Positions 10,052-20,900 of a DNA stretch of 64,000 nt are shown here, one piece after another (position 1 is the stretch's first letter; each line of letters begins with the position of its first letter). Origin of the DNA: Daphnia carinata (Eukaryota); the NCBI RefSeq assembly GCF_022539665.2, contig NC_081334.1, forward strand, positions 2,790,001 to 2,854,000. Reading direction: 5' to 3'. The notes beneath the pieces are model-generated. The model did no database searches, had not been told where the DNA came from, and worked only from the letters and a program-made list of their open reading frames with translations. The position numbers and the translations under genes were made by a program.

Positions 10052-11200
10052 GGATACCCATTCTCAGAGGTGATAGGCTAATTTCTTCAATTCTCCCTAC
10101 ACATAGCCTGAAACCACATTGTAAAGAAAATTAATTTTAGTTTCCAGCACTTTAGTTTATCACTGTGAATTACCATTATATTGAATGCAAAATATTAATA
10201 GCTTGCAGTATAATAAACAGCTAAATGAATCTCATCAGCTTTACTCTATATCCAAACACAGCATTGAAGGACATAAGCTGTTTGTCTGCATAAGAGAATT
10301 AATGCAGACTGGAATTTTACTGGAAGACAATGAAAGAAAATTAATTAAGCAAAAAAAGTCAATCAGTAGCAGCCCATCTATCAGCCACGGAATAACAGAA
10401 ACGTGATTCAGCCCAATCTAGAAAGGAAATCATATTTTTCTTGTTTTGTTTTTTAAAAGTGTAGCTCAAAAAGAAAAATGACAAGTTAGAATGCCTACCT
10501 CAAATACCTCTTTTAACGGCTGTTCCTCCGTAATCTAATGGCCTTCCAACAACAGTTACCAAACAACTAAATCTTCGTCATTGGCTGGTTCAGTCTCTGG
10601 ACTAAATAGAAAAATATTGTGTAAACTCATTAAAAAATTCAACATTAAACATACACTTCTTTAACTCCTGATTTGATTATGCTTCTAAATGACTGCTGGA
10701 TGGATTAGCAAGTATAAGTAATGTTACATTAGCAACACAGCTTTACACAAGCAACCCTAAAAGAAACAAAAAGAGGAATTAAGTTGTGTTCTACTTTACT
10801 AAATAAAAAAGAGTAAAACATTTTGATAGTACTTCAAGTTTTAAACAACAATCCTCCAAGGGGCTCCTATCGTTGCATACCTAGCACTTTGAGACACAGC
10901 AGTCAGAACTATTCCTGTGCCCTCAAACTTAACTTAGCACCTCTTGTAAAGATTGATCGTTGTGAAGATAGATCGTTGCAGATGTATCCAGTTCCTGAAG
11001 AGTTTTAGACCAAGAAATCCATCATCTGTATAAAAAAAAGTAAATAAAATGATAAAACTACATAAGAAATTAGTTTAATAGCAGGCTTTACCAGAGCTTC
11101 CCATGATTCATTGTGATGCTCACGAATTTGTACAAATTATTTGTACTTCAAACGTACATTATCGAATACTGTAACAGCATCTTTAAATTAAAAAGGTACA
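10052..11200 (-). other. putative 5' non-coding micro-exons linking motif array to the MAD1 fragment
   Basis: Series of minus-strand polypyrimidine+AG acceptors (~10108, ~10320, ~10418, ~10602, ~10757, ~11026) with GT donors. No long ORF. Confidence 0.4.
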
Positions 11201-11216
11201 ATAACCTCGAATGTAG

Positions 11217-11464
11217 CACCATCTGTGAACGGGTAATATAACAGTTTTCTATGCCATCTGTGAACGAGTAACCTTACAATTTTCCAGCCATCTATGAACT
11301 AAGAATCTTACCATTCCAGCTGCCATCTAGTGAGTGCGAATAAGCTTATCATTTTAACGCCATCTACTGAAGGAATCGTTACCATAGCCATCTACGGAAG
11401 AAATATGTTACCAGCCTACGCCATCTATGGACGAATAATTTTACCATTCCCGACGCCATCTATG
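11217..11464 (-). repeat. 8-copy ~35-bp periodic array of CTCF-like motif (GCCATCTAG/ATG on + strand)
   Basis: Copies at 11217, 11252, 11286, 11321, 11358, 11386, 11419 and 11454. Spacers are diverged but several share ttac(c/a). Confidence 0.8.
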
Positions 11465-11499
11465 AACAAAAAACTTTATCTTTACTTACAATGCCGTCT

Positions 11500-11980
11500 A
11501 CTTATTTTACTATAAGATTTATTTACGATAGCGAAAACAATATACTCGCCGCAAGAAGGTGGACTGAACTTGTCTCATGCCCCACATGGCGAGACCGGAA
11601 AATTCTTGTCACGAATGCCTTCCTATCTTGCGCTGCGTACGGGAAAAAGACTAGATTTTAGCAGGGAAATTAAAAGCTACATTCAATTTAATACGCGGTC
11701 TTCAAAAACATAGTGAAATGACAACGTTTAGTTGTGCATATCCAATTTCGAATGTTTAACTTGAATCATATTAATAGGCAACATGTCTTTAGTCTTAATT
11801 ACATACCAAACCGTTATTTCTTACATAAATTTATACTCCTTTTTGTTTTTCTTTTGTCAGCAATAAAAAACAACATAATAACCAGAAGTAAATTGTTTCA
11901 AACTGCTACCATCATGGCTTACACTTGGCCAGAATTCTTGTGCTGACGTCACTTCCAGATAAATCACTATGCTAACGCAT
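11500..11980. repeat. dispersed module adjoining the motif array, homologous to 17360-17810
   Basis: Shared blocks ggtggac, cacatggc, ggaaaatt..cacgaat, agggaaattaaaagcta, acgcggt, ttagttgtgc...atttcgaa, ggcttacac, tgtgctga(c/t)gtca and aatcact in colinear order. Confidence 0.75.
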
Positions 11981-12179
11981 TTGCTAAAAAAAAGCAGGGC
12001 CAGAAAACCAATTTTTGTGCTTAATTCACTTCTAGCCAAAACACTACGCTAGCTCATTCACTAAAAATGCACACATTGCCGCTAAAGTAACTACTTTGCT
12101 TGGCTGTATACTCTAAATATCAATAAATAATATAAATATACTCTTTTCACTTGACATTATAAAGGAATTACCGAATATT

Positions 12180-14000
12180 GATACAACTTCACGTCATGGT
12201 AGAAACTTTACCGTAAAGGCAGAATCATTTGATTTACGCTTACCGGCATTCCCAGTGAAGTGGATGAAAAGCGTTTTAAACGTTGCAGCATAACTGTAGA
12301 GTAACGTTTGTTCCCAAATCTCTTGCGCTAACTAAAATGGAAGAAAGTAAAATTCATTCAAGGATTCAAGTATCAATAGTTTTCGCGTACTTTCCTTATG
12401 GAGACCAGCTCCGTTCTAACTTAATGCAGTCTTGATTGGTAAACCGAGACAGATCCGCCGCATTTTCGGTCAAAAACAGATTCGTTTCACAAATCGGCTA
12501 GCTACCCCTGACATCTAAATAGAAAAATCTGGTACATTATGTAAAAATTTAAATTCCCAATCTGTTTTAATTTTGTATGGTGTAGTTATAGCTAGTTCCT
12601 ATTCAGTTTAAGATGACCACAAATCACAAAACCAGAAAGTAATAATATTTAGGAAAGAAAGAAAACCTTTTGTTTAAGATACAATTCCTCCAGAGCTTCG
12701 TTTTTGCTGCTTACGCACTGTAATTTAGACACCATTTTTCTACCAATTTTGTTTTTAAATCTTTCGAATGGGAAGAGTTTACCTTCGACAAGTCAATCTG
12801 CAGTGATTAAACTCACTGAGGCGATGCGTTCCCACACACTTCGGTCCGGGTGTAACAGTGAATGACCTAAAATCCTTTCAAGCAATGCTCAAGTAAAAAT
12901 CTAGTATCTCCCTCTTCTACGAAAACTACCAATACACGGTAAGAGTACCAGTCTTGTGTAAGTAGAAGTTGCGCTAGATGGGCTGTTATTATGAGCAAGG
13001 AAAATTACAATACAGATACCAAGGCGATGTCAGATGACGATGTATAACTTGATCAAGAAGCCCCATATGAAGAAATAGGCGAAGACGATATGGCAGATGT
13101 CATGGCGATGCTTTCATTAGCTAGATTGCATTGTCATCTGGCGTCGCCATCCTTCATTCGGCTCCTCGGTGGGGCTTCGTCAGGATTTCCAGAAAGTGCT
13201 TCTGTCTGAGGTTCCCGCTCACTTACTAGTTGTTCATTCTACAACTGTAGTCACCTTCCAGACCTTGTTAAGAAGAAATTTAAAAAAAGTATAAGATAAT
13301 TTAAAAAGTAAGAAAAAAAAATTAACTTTAAGCCAATTTTTATGGATATTTGTTTCATGCCAGAAATTGCTCGCCTAATTCTGGGTATCATAGGCACTCT
13401 TGTTTATTTCAAAACTTGGATCTTCAAAAAACAAATCCAAGCCTCTGGTTAGGCAGTTCCTATGACCACATATGCTGGGGGATAGCTGCCTATTTCACAG
13501 CAACTTTAACATTAATTTGTGGATTGTATGTGATACAAATTCTCGTACTTGCTCTATGGTTACTGAAATCCATCAACACAAAGTAACCTGCAGGGGAAAA
13601 AGATATTTGTGAGATGGAAACGGACATGGATGTTAAGTTACCGCAGGAACTACAATAAAAAAATTTTAGACATTCAAGTTCTTTGGCACCTCAAAAGTGA
13701 TCAAATATGACAATTTTCCATGCGTTACATATCAGTAGCCACAGGTTGATGTGGAAAATTGGAAATTGCAACACATAATGTAGTACCTACAAAAACGTAT
13801 CGTATGGTGTGCTTTACAGATATTTCTGAGCCATGTGCTCCTACTGTCCTGCGATCTAGCAATAGTTTTCTAAGAAATTTAAATTGTGTCAAAGCTTTTA
13901 AGTGTTTTACAGTATACCTTGGTCTTTTCCCTCTTTGCATTCCTTGAAAACTGATTCAATTAAGCGCCCAAAATTCGTCAAGACTTGGACGAGGACGAGA
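12180..14000 (-). pseudogene. possible degenerate spliced gene fragments, unidentified
   Basis: Several minus-strand AG/GT-bounded blocks with coding-like composition but in-frame stops (e.g. ~13264-13020 EREPQTEALSGNPDEAPPRSRMKDGDAR*). No family recognised. Confidence 0.25.
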
Positions 14001-15173
14001 ATTATACGCTAGTGTAGACAACAGCAGACTGCACACAATGAGCGAACACTGAGGGATATCTTAAAAAATGCAGTTGCAATTGCCAATTTGCAAGATTTAC
14101 AGAAAACATTCGTTGTTTGTTTTCTGTTTGTCAAAAAAGCACATAAATTTCTCTTTTTTTGCACAGACAAGGAATATGATTTTTTCGAAAATGTACTTTT
14201 TAATTACGCAACAAAAGACTTTACTTATTTAGGCAAGACAAAGACAGAAGACTTTTTTTTTAATTTTTAAATTCTTTTCACCCTTTGAATTTTTCTTCCT
14301 GTTTCTCTGTAATGTATTTGTCATTTGATTGACTTTATTTCTATCTATCAATAAAAATTTGTAAGTATAATAAATAATGACGAAACAATGACGCTTTCGA
14401 ACATCGCAATTCTGAAAGTTTTGCGAGTGGGATAAAAAAGGATGTTTGTGGCAAAATAAAGACAAAACAACAATTGCAATGCGTTTTTGAATTAATAAAA
14501 TTTTATTGATCAGAAAAAAGAAGCAACAATAGGAAGTTGTCTTCAGCAAATAACTCTAAAACCTTAATGGCTCTTCCCGTATACGCACTTCCAGAACTCG
14601 TCAAGGTAGCTGTTACTGCCATGAATGAAAGCTACGTGCACACTCTGTCATCACTACAAGACAATCAACTCTTGTAGCGGTCCTTTTCCGGCATGCAGGT
14701 GCTCAATGGCAATATTGCTCACCATCTCGTCACTTGCATGCAAGCTTGTACCTGGAAAAAGACAATTGAACAGAAAGGGTACACACCTGGTAGTTTCCAC
14801 ACATGGCGGCGAACAACCTTTGGGTTCGTTGACGAGTTCCTTCAGATTATAACTGAAAGAGAACGTCATTAACAGTAAATGATTACAAAATCAAATCGAA
14901 CTGAACGTACAAGAAATTTACTTTTCTAATTTTGCGCTGTGTTAGGGGAGAAAAAACGCTCAAGGAGCGGATCGTTCATCGGAGCCAACACCTGTTCCAA
15001 TGCGGCTCCGACCTCCGATGGTGATAGCTTCTGCTCCACAGCATTTTATTGGCAACTAAAATTCTAACTGGCCCAACGAACGATTTTGTCTGTGTCGAGT
15101 CATTCAATTTTACGTTTTTGGAAACATGAAAAAAAAAGATATTTACTTATACATCTGTATCTGCTTAAGATGT

Positions 15174-16979
15174 TCATGCAAATATTACCTTTTTCTTTTT
15201 TTTAAATGGGTTATTGATTTTTGGATAGGATTTTTTCAGTAACTTTGCCAAGTGCTTCATTTTCTCATTTGTTGTTTGTGCCTTTTGCTTTACAGTATTT
15301 GTTAAGCCTTCCATTTTCTTTTTCATGCCTTTTTTCGCCTTGTCAGTTTTTTCCTCCGCTTGAATGTTTTCGTCTGTACTTGATGTTGTGGGGCTAGTCT
15401 TAACTGTGGGGCTAGCCTCGTCCTTGGGATAGGATTTTTTCCGTAAAAAGTGCTTTACTTTTTCATTTGCTGCATCTGCCTTTTGCTTTACAGCATTTTT
15501 AAAATCCTCTATTTTCTTTTTCATGCTTTTTTTCGCCTTGTCAGTTTTTTTTTCCGATTTTATGTCCTCGTCGTTGCGACTAATCTCGTCCATGGGGCTA
15601 GCCTCATCTTTGGGCCCGTCATGAGCGACTTCAGTTTCTTCGTCCGGAACCTTAGAAGGTTCTAATATTTGAGGGTCCGGGTCTTCTACTGGTATAGGAT
15701 GATTAATGTGCTGGTTCTGTACTGGTGGATAACCGGCGGTTACGCTGGGATCATCACCTATTTCATGTCTTCCTTCTATACCAGTTCTGTTTTCATTTGC
15801 CGGTTTGCTGCGCTTATCACCTGGACTTGGGTAAGAATTTGCGGAATCATTTGGAGCATTCCCAGAGTGGTCTTTACGTATTTCTTCAGGATTTCCGACA
15901 GTTGGCGAGGCCGTGCGATGGTGATCTCCGGTAGGTATCGAGATCTTGCTACCTGGTTTGCCGTTTGCACTTTTCGTACTCTGTACAGGTTCCTGAGGTG
16001 CCTGCGGAATCCTTCTTTCTGTTCTTCTCGCGCCCTGTCTACCGTTTTTGCAGTCACAGTTCGAGTGATGAACAATTTCTTTGGTGATGACCGACTGGTG
16101 CAATGTTGGAGCTGGCGGGAATGGATCCTGGAAATGATCGCACCGGTAACGAATCGCTTCATGACAATTCCCACCTTGAACAACTTCCGTTTGGTCACAA
16201 TCGTCGTATTCATAACCACAGAATCGGGACTCCACGCTACCTTGGCGACACGGCGATGGGTGAAGGCGCCTTTCAGCGAATTCATGGCAAACTTCTCTTA
16301 TAAAACCTCCTGTTTCATCGAGTCGGCAACCAGTTGGCCTTCGCCTTGCTGGATGACAGCAGGTCCAAGGTTGATCATATTCGTCTCTGCGGAAACTTGG
16401 GCACTGGGTTTTGCGTTCGTATGCATGCTCACAGTCCGGATAGCAGTTCTCTCCCCTGCAGCGCCAGCTTCTTGCTTGTTTACGATAGCAGCCACTTTCG
16501 GCATCTCTTGGATAATACTCATACTGATCGCTTGGTTGATAGAAGTCTATGTCCTCATATCTAGGTTGATCGCCTCTTTTTGGTTGGCGATAGAAGTCAA
16601 TGTCCTCATTGCTAGGGTAGTGCCCTTCTTGACCATCTCTTGTTGGCTGATGATAAAAGTCCGCATCTCTGCGAAAGTTTCTTTGCTGGTCAAAATTTCG
16701 TACTTGGTAAATCCGATCACCTTCAGGATATCGCACCTCATCGTTTCTACGACGATTTAGTTGCCTTGGCTGGTAACGGTCACCATGAGCGTTGCTGGAG
16801 TTGTTACGTGGAAGCCTGTTTTGAATGATGATGCAGGTTTGTGGCATCATTTGTGGCATCACTTCTCTTGCAGCCAATTGCTCGGTTTCTCCCATTACTG
16901 GAATTCCGTTAAGAGTGGTACCGTCACTGAGGGGAATGCCACCAACCTGGTTAAAAGGATTCATTTTGCGATTATCCAT
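15174..16979 (-). CDS. hypothetical 601-aa intronless protein (Arg/Asp/Tyr repeats, Cys-rich middle, duplicated Lys-rich C-terminal module)
   Basis: 1806-nt uninterrupted ORF in AT-rich DNA. Internal repeats D(A/I)DFY(H/R)QP x3 and two copies of PKDEASP..EKTDKAKK.MKKK.E...N.VKQKA...NEK.KH....KKSYPK. No recognisable domain. Confidence 0.65.
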   Translation of the reverse strand: MDNRKMNPFNQVGGIPLSDGTTLNGIPVMGETEQLAAREVMPQMMPQTCIIIQNRLPRNNSSNAHGDRYQPRQLNRRRNDEVRYPEGDRIYQVRNFDQQRNFRRDADFYHQPTRDGQEGHYPSNEDIDFYRQPKRGDQPRYEDIDFYQPSDQYEYYPRDAESGCYRKQARSWRCRGENCYPDCEHAYERKTQCPSFRRDEYDQPWTCCHPARRRPTGCRLDETGGFIREVCHEFAERRLHPSPCRQGSVESRFCGYEYDDCDQTEVVQGGNCHEAIRYRCDHFQDPFPPAPTLHQSVITKEIVHHSNCDCKNGRQGARRTERRIPQAPQEPVQSTKSANGKPGSKISIPTGDHHRTASPTVGNPEEIRKDHSGNAPNDSANSYPSPGDKRSKPANENRTGIEGRHEIGDDPSVTAGYPPVQNQHINHPIPVEDPDPQILEPSKVPDEETEVAHDGPKDEASPMDEISRNDEDIKSEKKTDKAKKSMKKKIEDFKNAVKQKADAANEKVKHFLRKKSYPKDEASPTVKTSPTTSSTDENIQAEEKTDKAKKGMKKKMEGLTNTVKQKAQTTNEKMKHLAKLLKKSYPKINNPFKKKKKVIFA

Positions 16980-17260
16980 TAGACATTCAAAAAATTGTAG
17001 CGGTATACTCAGAAACTATATAACATCGAAGCACGTCCGTTCCTGTAGCAAGTTATTGAACATGTACTAGATCGATTTTAACGTATGTGCTAAGTATTTC
17101 TTTTGCTTCCCGTTTTTATTTCCAGCATCTATACATTATTTAAAATAATGTTCAATGGAAAAAATATCGAAAAGAATGGTAATGTTTCTATAAATTGGGA
17201 GATCGAAATCAAATAGGACGACATGCCAGGATTGAAAACTTAACGATACTTACCGGTAAA

Positions 17261-17347
17261 CGCCATCTATGAAGGTTGTAAAACATTTTTGATTTCACGC
17301 CATCTAGGAATGCAGTGACAAACATTCACTTCAACACGCCATCTGTA
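17261..17347 (-). repeat. 3-copy CTCF-like motif array (cgccatcta/g)
   Basis: Copies at 17261, 17298 and 17337, about 280 bp upstream of the 601-aa ORF start. Confidence 0.7.
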
Positions 17348-17359
17348 AACGGCGAGAAT

Positions 17360-17810
17360 ATCTTATTGCGAAAGAAGAATCAAAATGACCGTCACAAGAC
17401 GGTGGACCGATTGTTGCTCACATGGCCCGACTGGAAAATTCCTAACACGAATCATTTTGCACTACGAAGGAAGCAAGGATGTAATTTAATAGGGAAATTA
17501 AAAGCTAGCGACAAATTAAAACGCGGTTATCCCAAAAGGAAGAAAATTGCTAGGCTTAGTTGTGCTTTTCCCATTTCGAACATTCTTACATGATATTACA
17601 ATAGATAATAAATATTTTTCAAAACACAACAACTCGTTGTTTCTTACGTAAATTCCTGTTTGTTTTTTAGTACTGATAAACGAGGTCGTCCCAGGAAATG
17701 GACATTTTCATACTGTTATCATCAGGGCTTACACGCGCCCAATACGCTACACATGTGCTGATGTCATTGCTAGTTCTAAAGAAATGAATCACTCTGCTGA
17801 CTCCTTGCTT
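17360..17810. repeat. second copy of dispersed module (see 11500-11980)
   Basis: Colinear shared blocks with 11500-11980, same orientation. Confidence 0.75.
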
Positions 17811-17999
17811 CGACTAAACAGCCAGCAAAAAACGATAGATACTTACTGCACATGACTTTTTGGGATCTACTTTTCATAAAATTATTCCAAAGAAACGAGA
17901 TACAATAGAAAACTAACAACAACGAGACTAGACGAGTCTTCGTCCACCACATAATGGAAACTGCCGGGAAAAAAGAAAGGTGACTGCTACGAAGGCCAT

Positions 18000-20900
18000 C
18001 TGGCGTTCATTGCACGAACCACCGGGATTCTACCATCAAAAGGTTAAAAAGAGATCCGCGTAGCGTCGAAGTATCTTTAGCTACACAAATAATATCCGTA
18101 ATTTTCAATCAACGGTCGTTTTTTTCCCCCTATACTTTCAAATATTTTTACATCCTTAACCTTCTCGCAATCTTCCTTTCGCTATTCGATTGATATTCCA
18201 TCAATCAATAAAAAATTGTGCCGTTTTCAAAGGGTTGCACAAAGCGAACGTGTAACGTAATACTGAAATAGATGCAAAATAGATTTTACATGACATTCGT
18301 GATACGAGATATAAATCACATCCAAATGGTACGATTCAAACAATATATTTCGGTTTTGCGATTCTTTATGCATTATTTATGCCAAATCATTCTGTTTCGC
18401 GGGATTGCGGTAGACTGGCGGAACGGTACTTGGCGTGTGATATCGCAAACGGAATAAACTCTACCCTGTACGAAGCGACACGAATGTGAGCGATCGAACG
18501 CGCCAAGGTTTCTTGACGAATTCGTGCCTTTCAAAATGGCAACATGTCGGGTTATATACATGCATAATTGATTCTTTATGTCACTGCCTTCGTCACGATC
18601 CTTCGTCAAAAAAAGACGGATAACTAGCAACTTGGTCGGTTCCAGTCGTGTTACATATCCTTCTAATGTGACCATCGACATACAAGACAAAGCGTGAATA
18701 AACAAATTCACTCCGAAAGGGGTAGGTTGCCAACTTGTCAAATTATTCGCGAGAGCCTAAAAACTCGATCTATTGAAATGGAAAAAAAAAAAAAAATAAT
18801 AACTCTGCAAAATTAAACCAAGGATCTTTTGTGCTGCCGAAAGTAATCACTCGTATACATATAGCTTTACCAAAGATCGTCATAACGTGTAAGCGAAATT
18901 GAACTTTTCGTTAGCATTCAAATATTTGAAGAAAGCCTCGCACCGATTGTGAGTGTCTACTGCGATGATTGCTACATTTCGTAATGACTGTTGTACATTC
19001 AATCATTCTCGTTTATAAAAACCGTTGCCGTCTTCACAAAATGTGTGTGCGTATATTTATACAGTACATCAAATGAATTGATGGGACAGTGCAAAACTAC
19101 TTCACGCGAAACACGTGTGTACATCTCGCCTTGTTACCTAGCCAATATCCAACACGCAGTCACATGTAGTGGCATATATTAACGTACAATTCCGTTAGTC
19201 ATTCGGCATTACATAATTTAGTGCACACAATAAAAAAAAATAATAATAAAAAGCCGCGTGTAGATTGGACACTGGCATTGTAATAACTCGCTGCTAACAC
19301 GTATGTAGGGGGAAGAGAGGAGCAGCCATTATCATCGTCGTGATGAGAGGTCATCATCATAACCGGCAATCAAGCCCCAACGAGGATCGTTCCCTTATTC
19401 CTCGGTGACAGCTCTACGACAAACGCATACATGGCGAGTTATTCTTTTTTTTTTTTTTCGTTGTTATTATACTGATTGGAACTTACAGCCAACGACTGTA
19501 CATCTAACAGAGGGACGCTAGACTGATGCATGTTTCCCTTTCGTCCCCACTTTTTGACGATCAATCAGCTGGAACGGCCGACAATTGATCATTGGAAGGT
19601 TTGGACCCTTCCCCGTTGATTGCCTCAATATCTGTTCCACCCGAGTTTGTTTCATCCAGTTAGCGACAGACTGCGTTGCCTACGCTATTCTATAGAACCT
19701 AGTCTGCCTAAAAAGAAATAAGGCCGGATGTCTATCTATCCGATGCATTTGGACACACACAAAAAAAAAAGGAAGGCCTGCCCAACACTGACACACGGAA
19801 TTCAATGATTCCACGTTGGATGTCTAACAAGCCGGAAACCCAATATTCATAACGTCTTACCAAATGTGCGTTGTACCTTTGCCAAAAGTGTGCCAAACCA
19901 CGATGGCCGATATGCTTTGGGGCGAACTGAAAATCAAACATGTTTGCTCTCTATTTTCTTTCCATTCTCTTTTTTTTTTTTTTTTCGGCCAGTCGTTGCC
20001 ATTTGTTTTGATTCTCTTTTGTGTGCCCAGTGGCCGCGTGACAGACGGAGAGGACGGATAAATATTAGCACGAAATCACTATATAGACCCCGCTGACTGT
20101 GTATATACAGTGTGGATGGGTTGCTGGCTTGCGACCCATTGTGTACATACACACATATATATATATATACGGTCTGAGAGCTTATGTGATGTAGTATGGG
20201 TAATAAGGGGGCCGTGCGTCCTTTTTTTTTATATCTCTAATGTCGGTCGGCGCTGTATGTGACCGTTCGAATGCGTTGAACTGGATATATAGATGACCGT
20301 ACTAAATAGAGTCTAACCTTCACGGACGGATGAATCGCACAAATAACAAAATAATAATGGGCCAACAGTGATAATAATAATAAAAAAAAAAAAAAAAAGA
20401 AAAAGAGAAGGAGCCAAAACTCTTTTTCGAAATAAGTCGCATTGGATGCAGCATGTGTGTACAGTATATCACGATCATATCTTTCCTATAAACGTCATTG
20501 TTTTCTGGGGGAGGGGGGGGGATCTCCATTTTCAGCAGAAAATAGATATAGAACGTTTGGCAAAGTTAAAGTTTTTAACGTTTTATGTTCTTGACATGTG
20601 TATGGACGAACGGAGTGGATTGCATGATGGCGGTGTTTCTAAATTTATTCACACTGTTGCGTAGTCAAACGCCATGACGACTTTAGAAAAATAAGGACGC
20701 ATCGTAAAAGATTGATGCTCCACACACACACACACATCCGTTTATGATTATGCAAAAAGATAAATGACGTCAAACAGAAGTCGTACCCCCCCCCACTTTT
20801 TTTTTAATGCTCCAGTTATTGGTCTACACATCAGTTACGTTTTAAGAATTACGTCGAATATAATAGACTGCGCGCGTGTGTGCGCCTTGTGCCGTTATTT

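Noticed and set aside
11217..11464. CRISPR array (repeat-spacer look)
   Set aside because: The repeat is only ~10-12 bp and degenerate, spacers are related to one another, there are no cas genes, and the context is eukaryotic.
14580..15060. Possible exons of another gene
   Set aside because: Splice-like signals are present but I could not build a consistent frame or recognise a family.
15669..16760. 363-aa plus-strand ORF as a separate gene
   Set aside because: Antisense shadow of the 601-aa ORF with a non-ATG start and no recognisable features.
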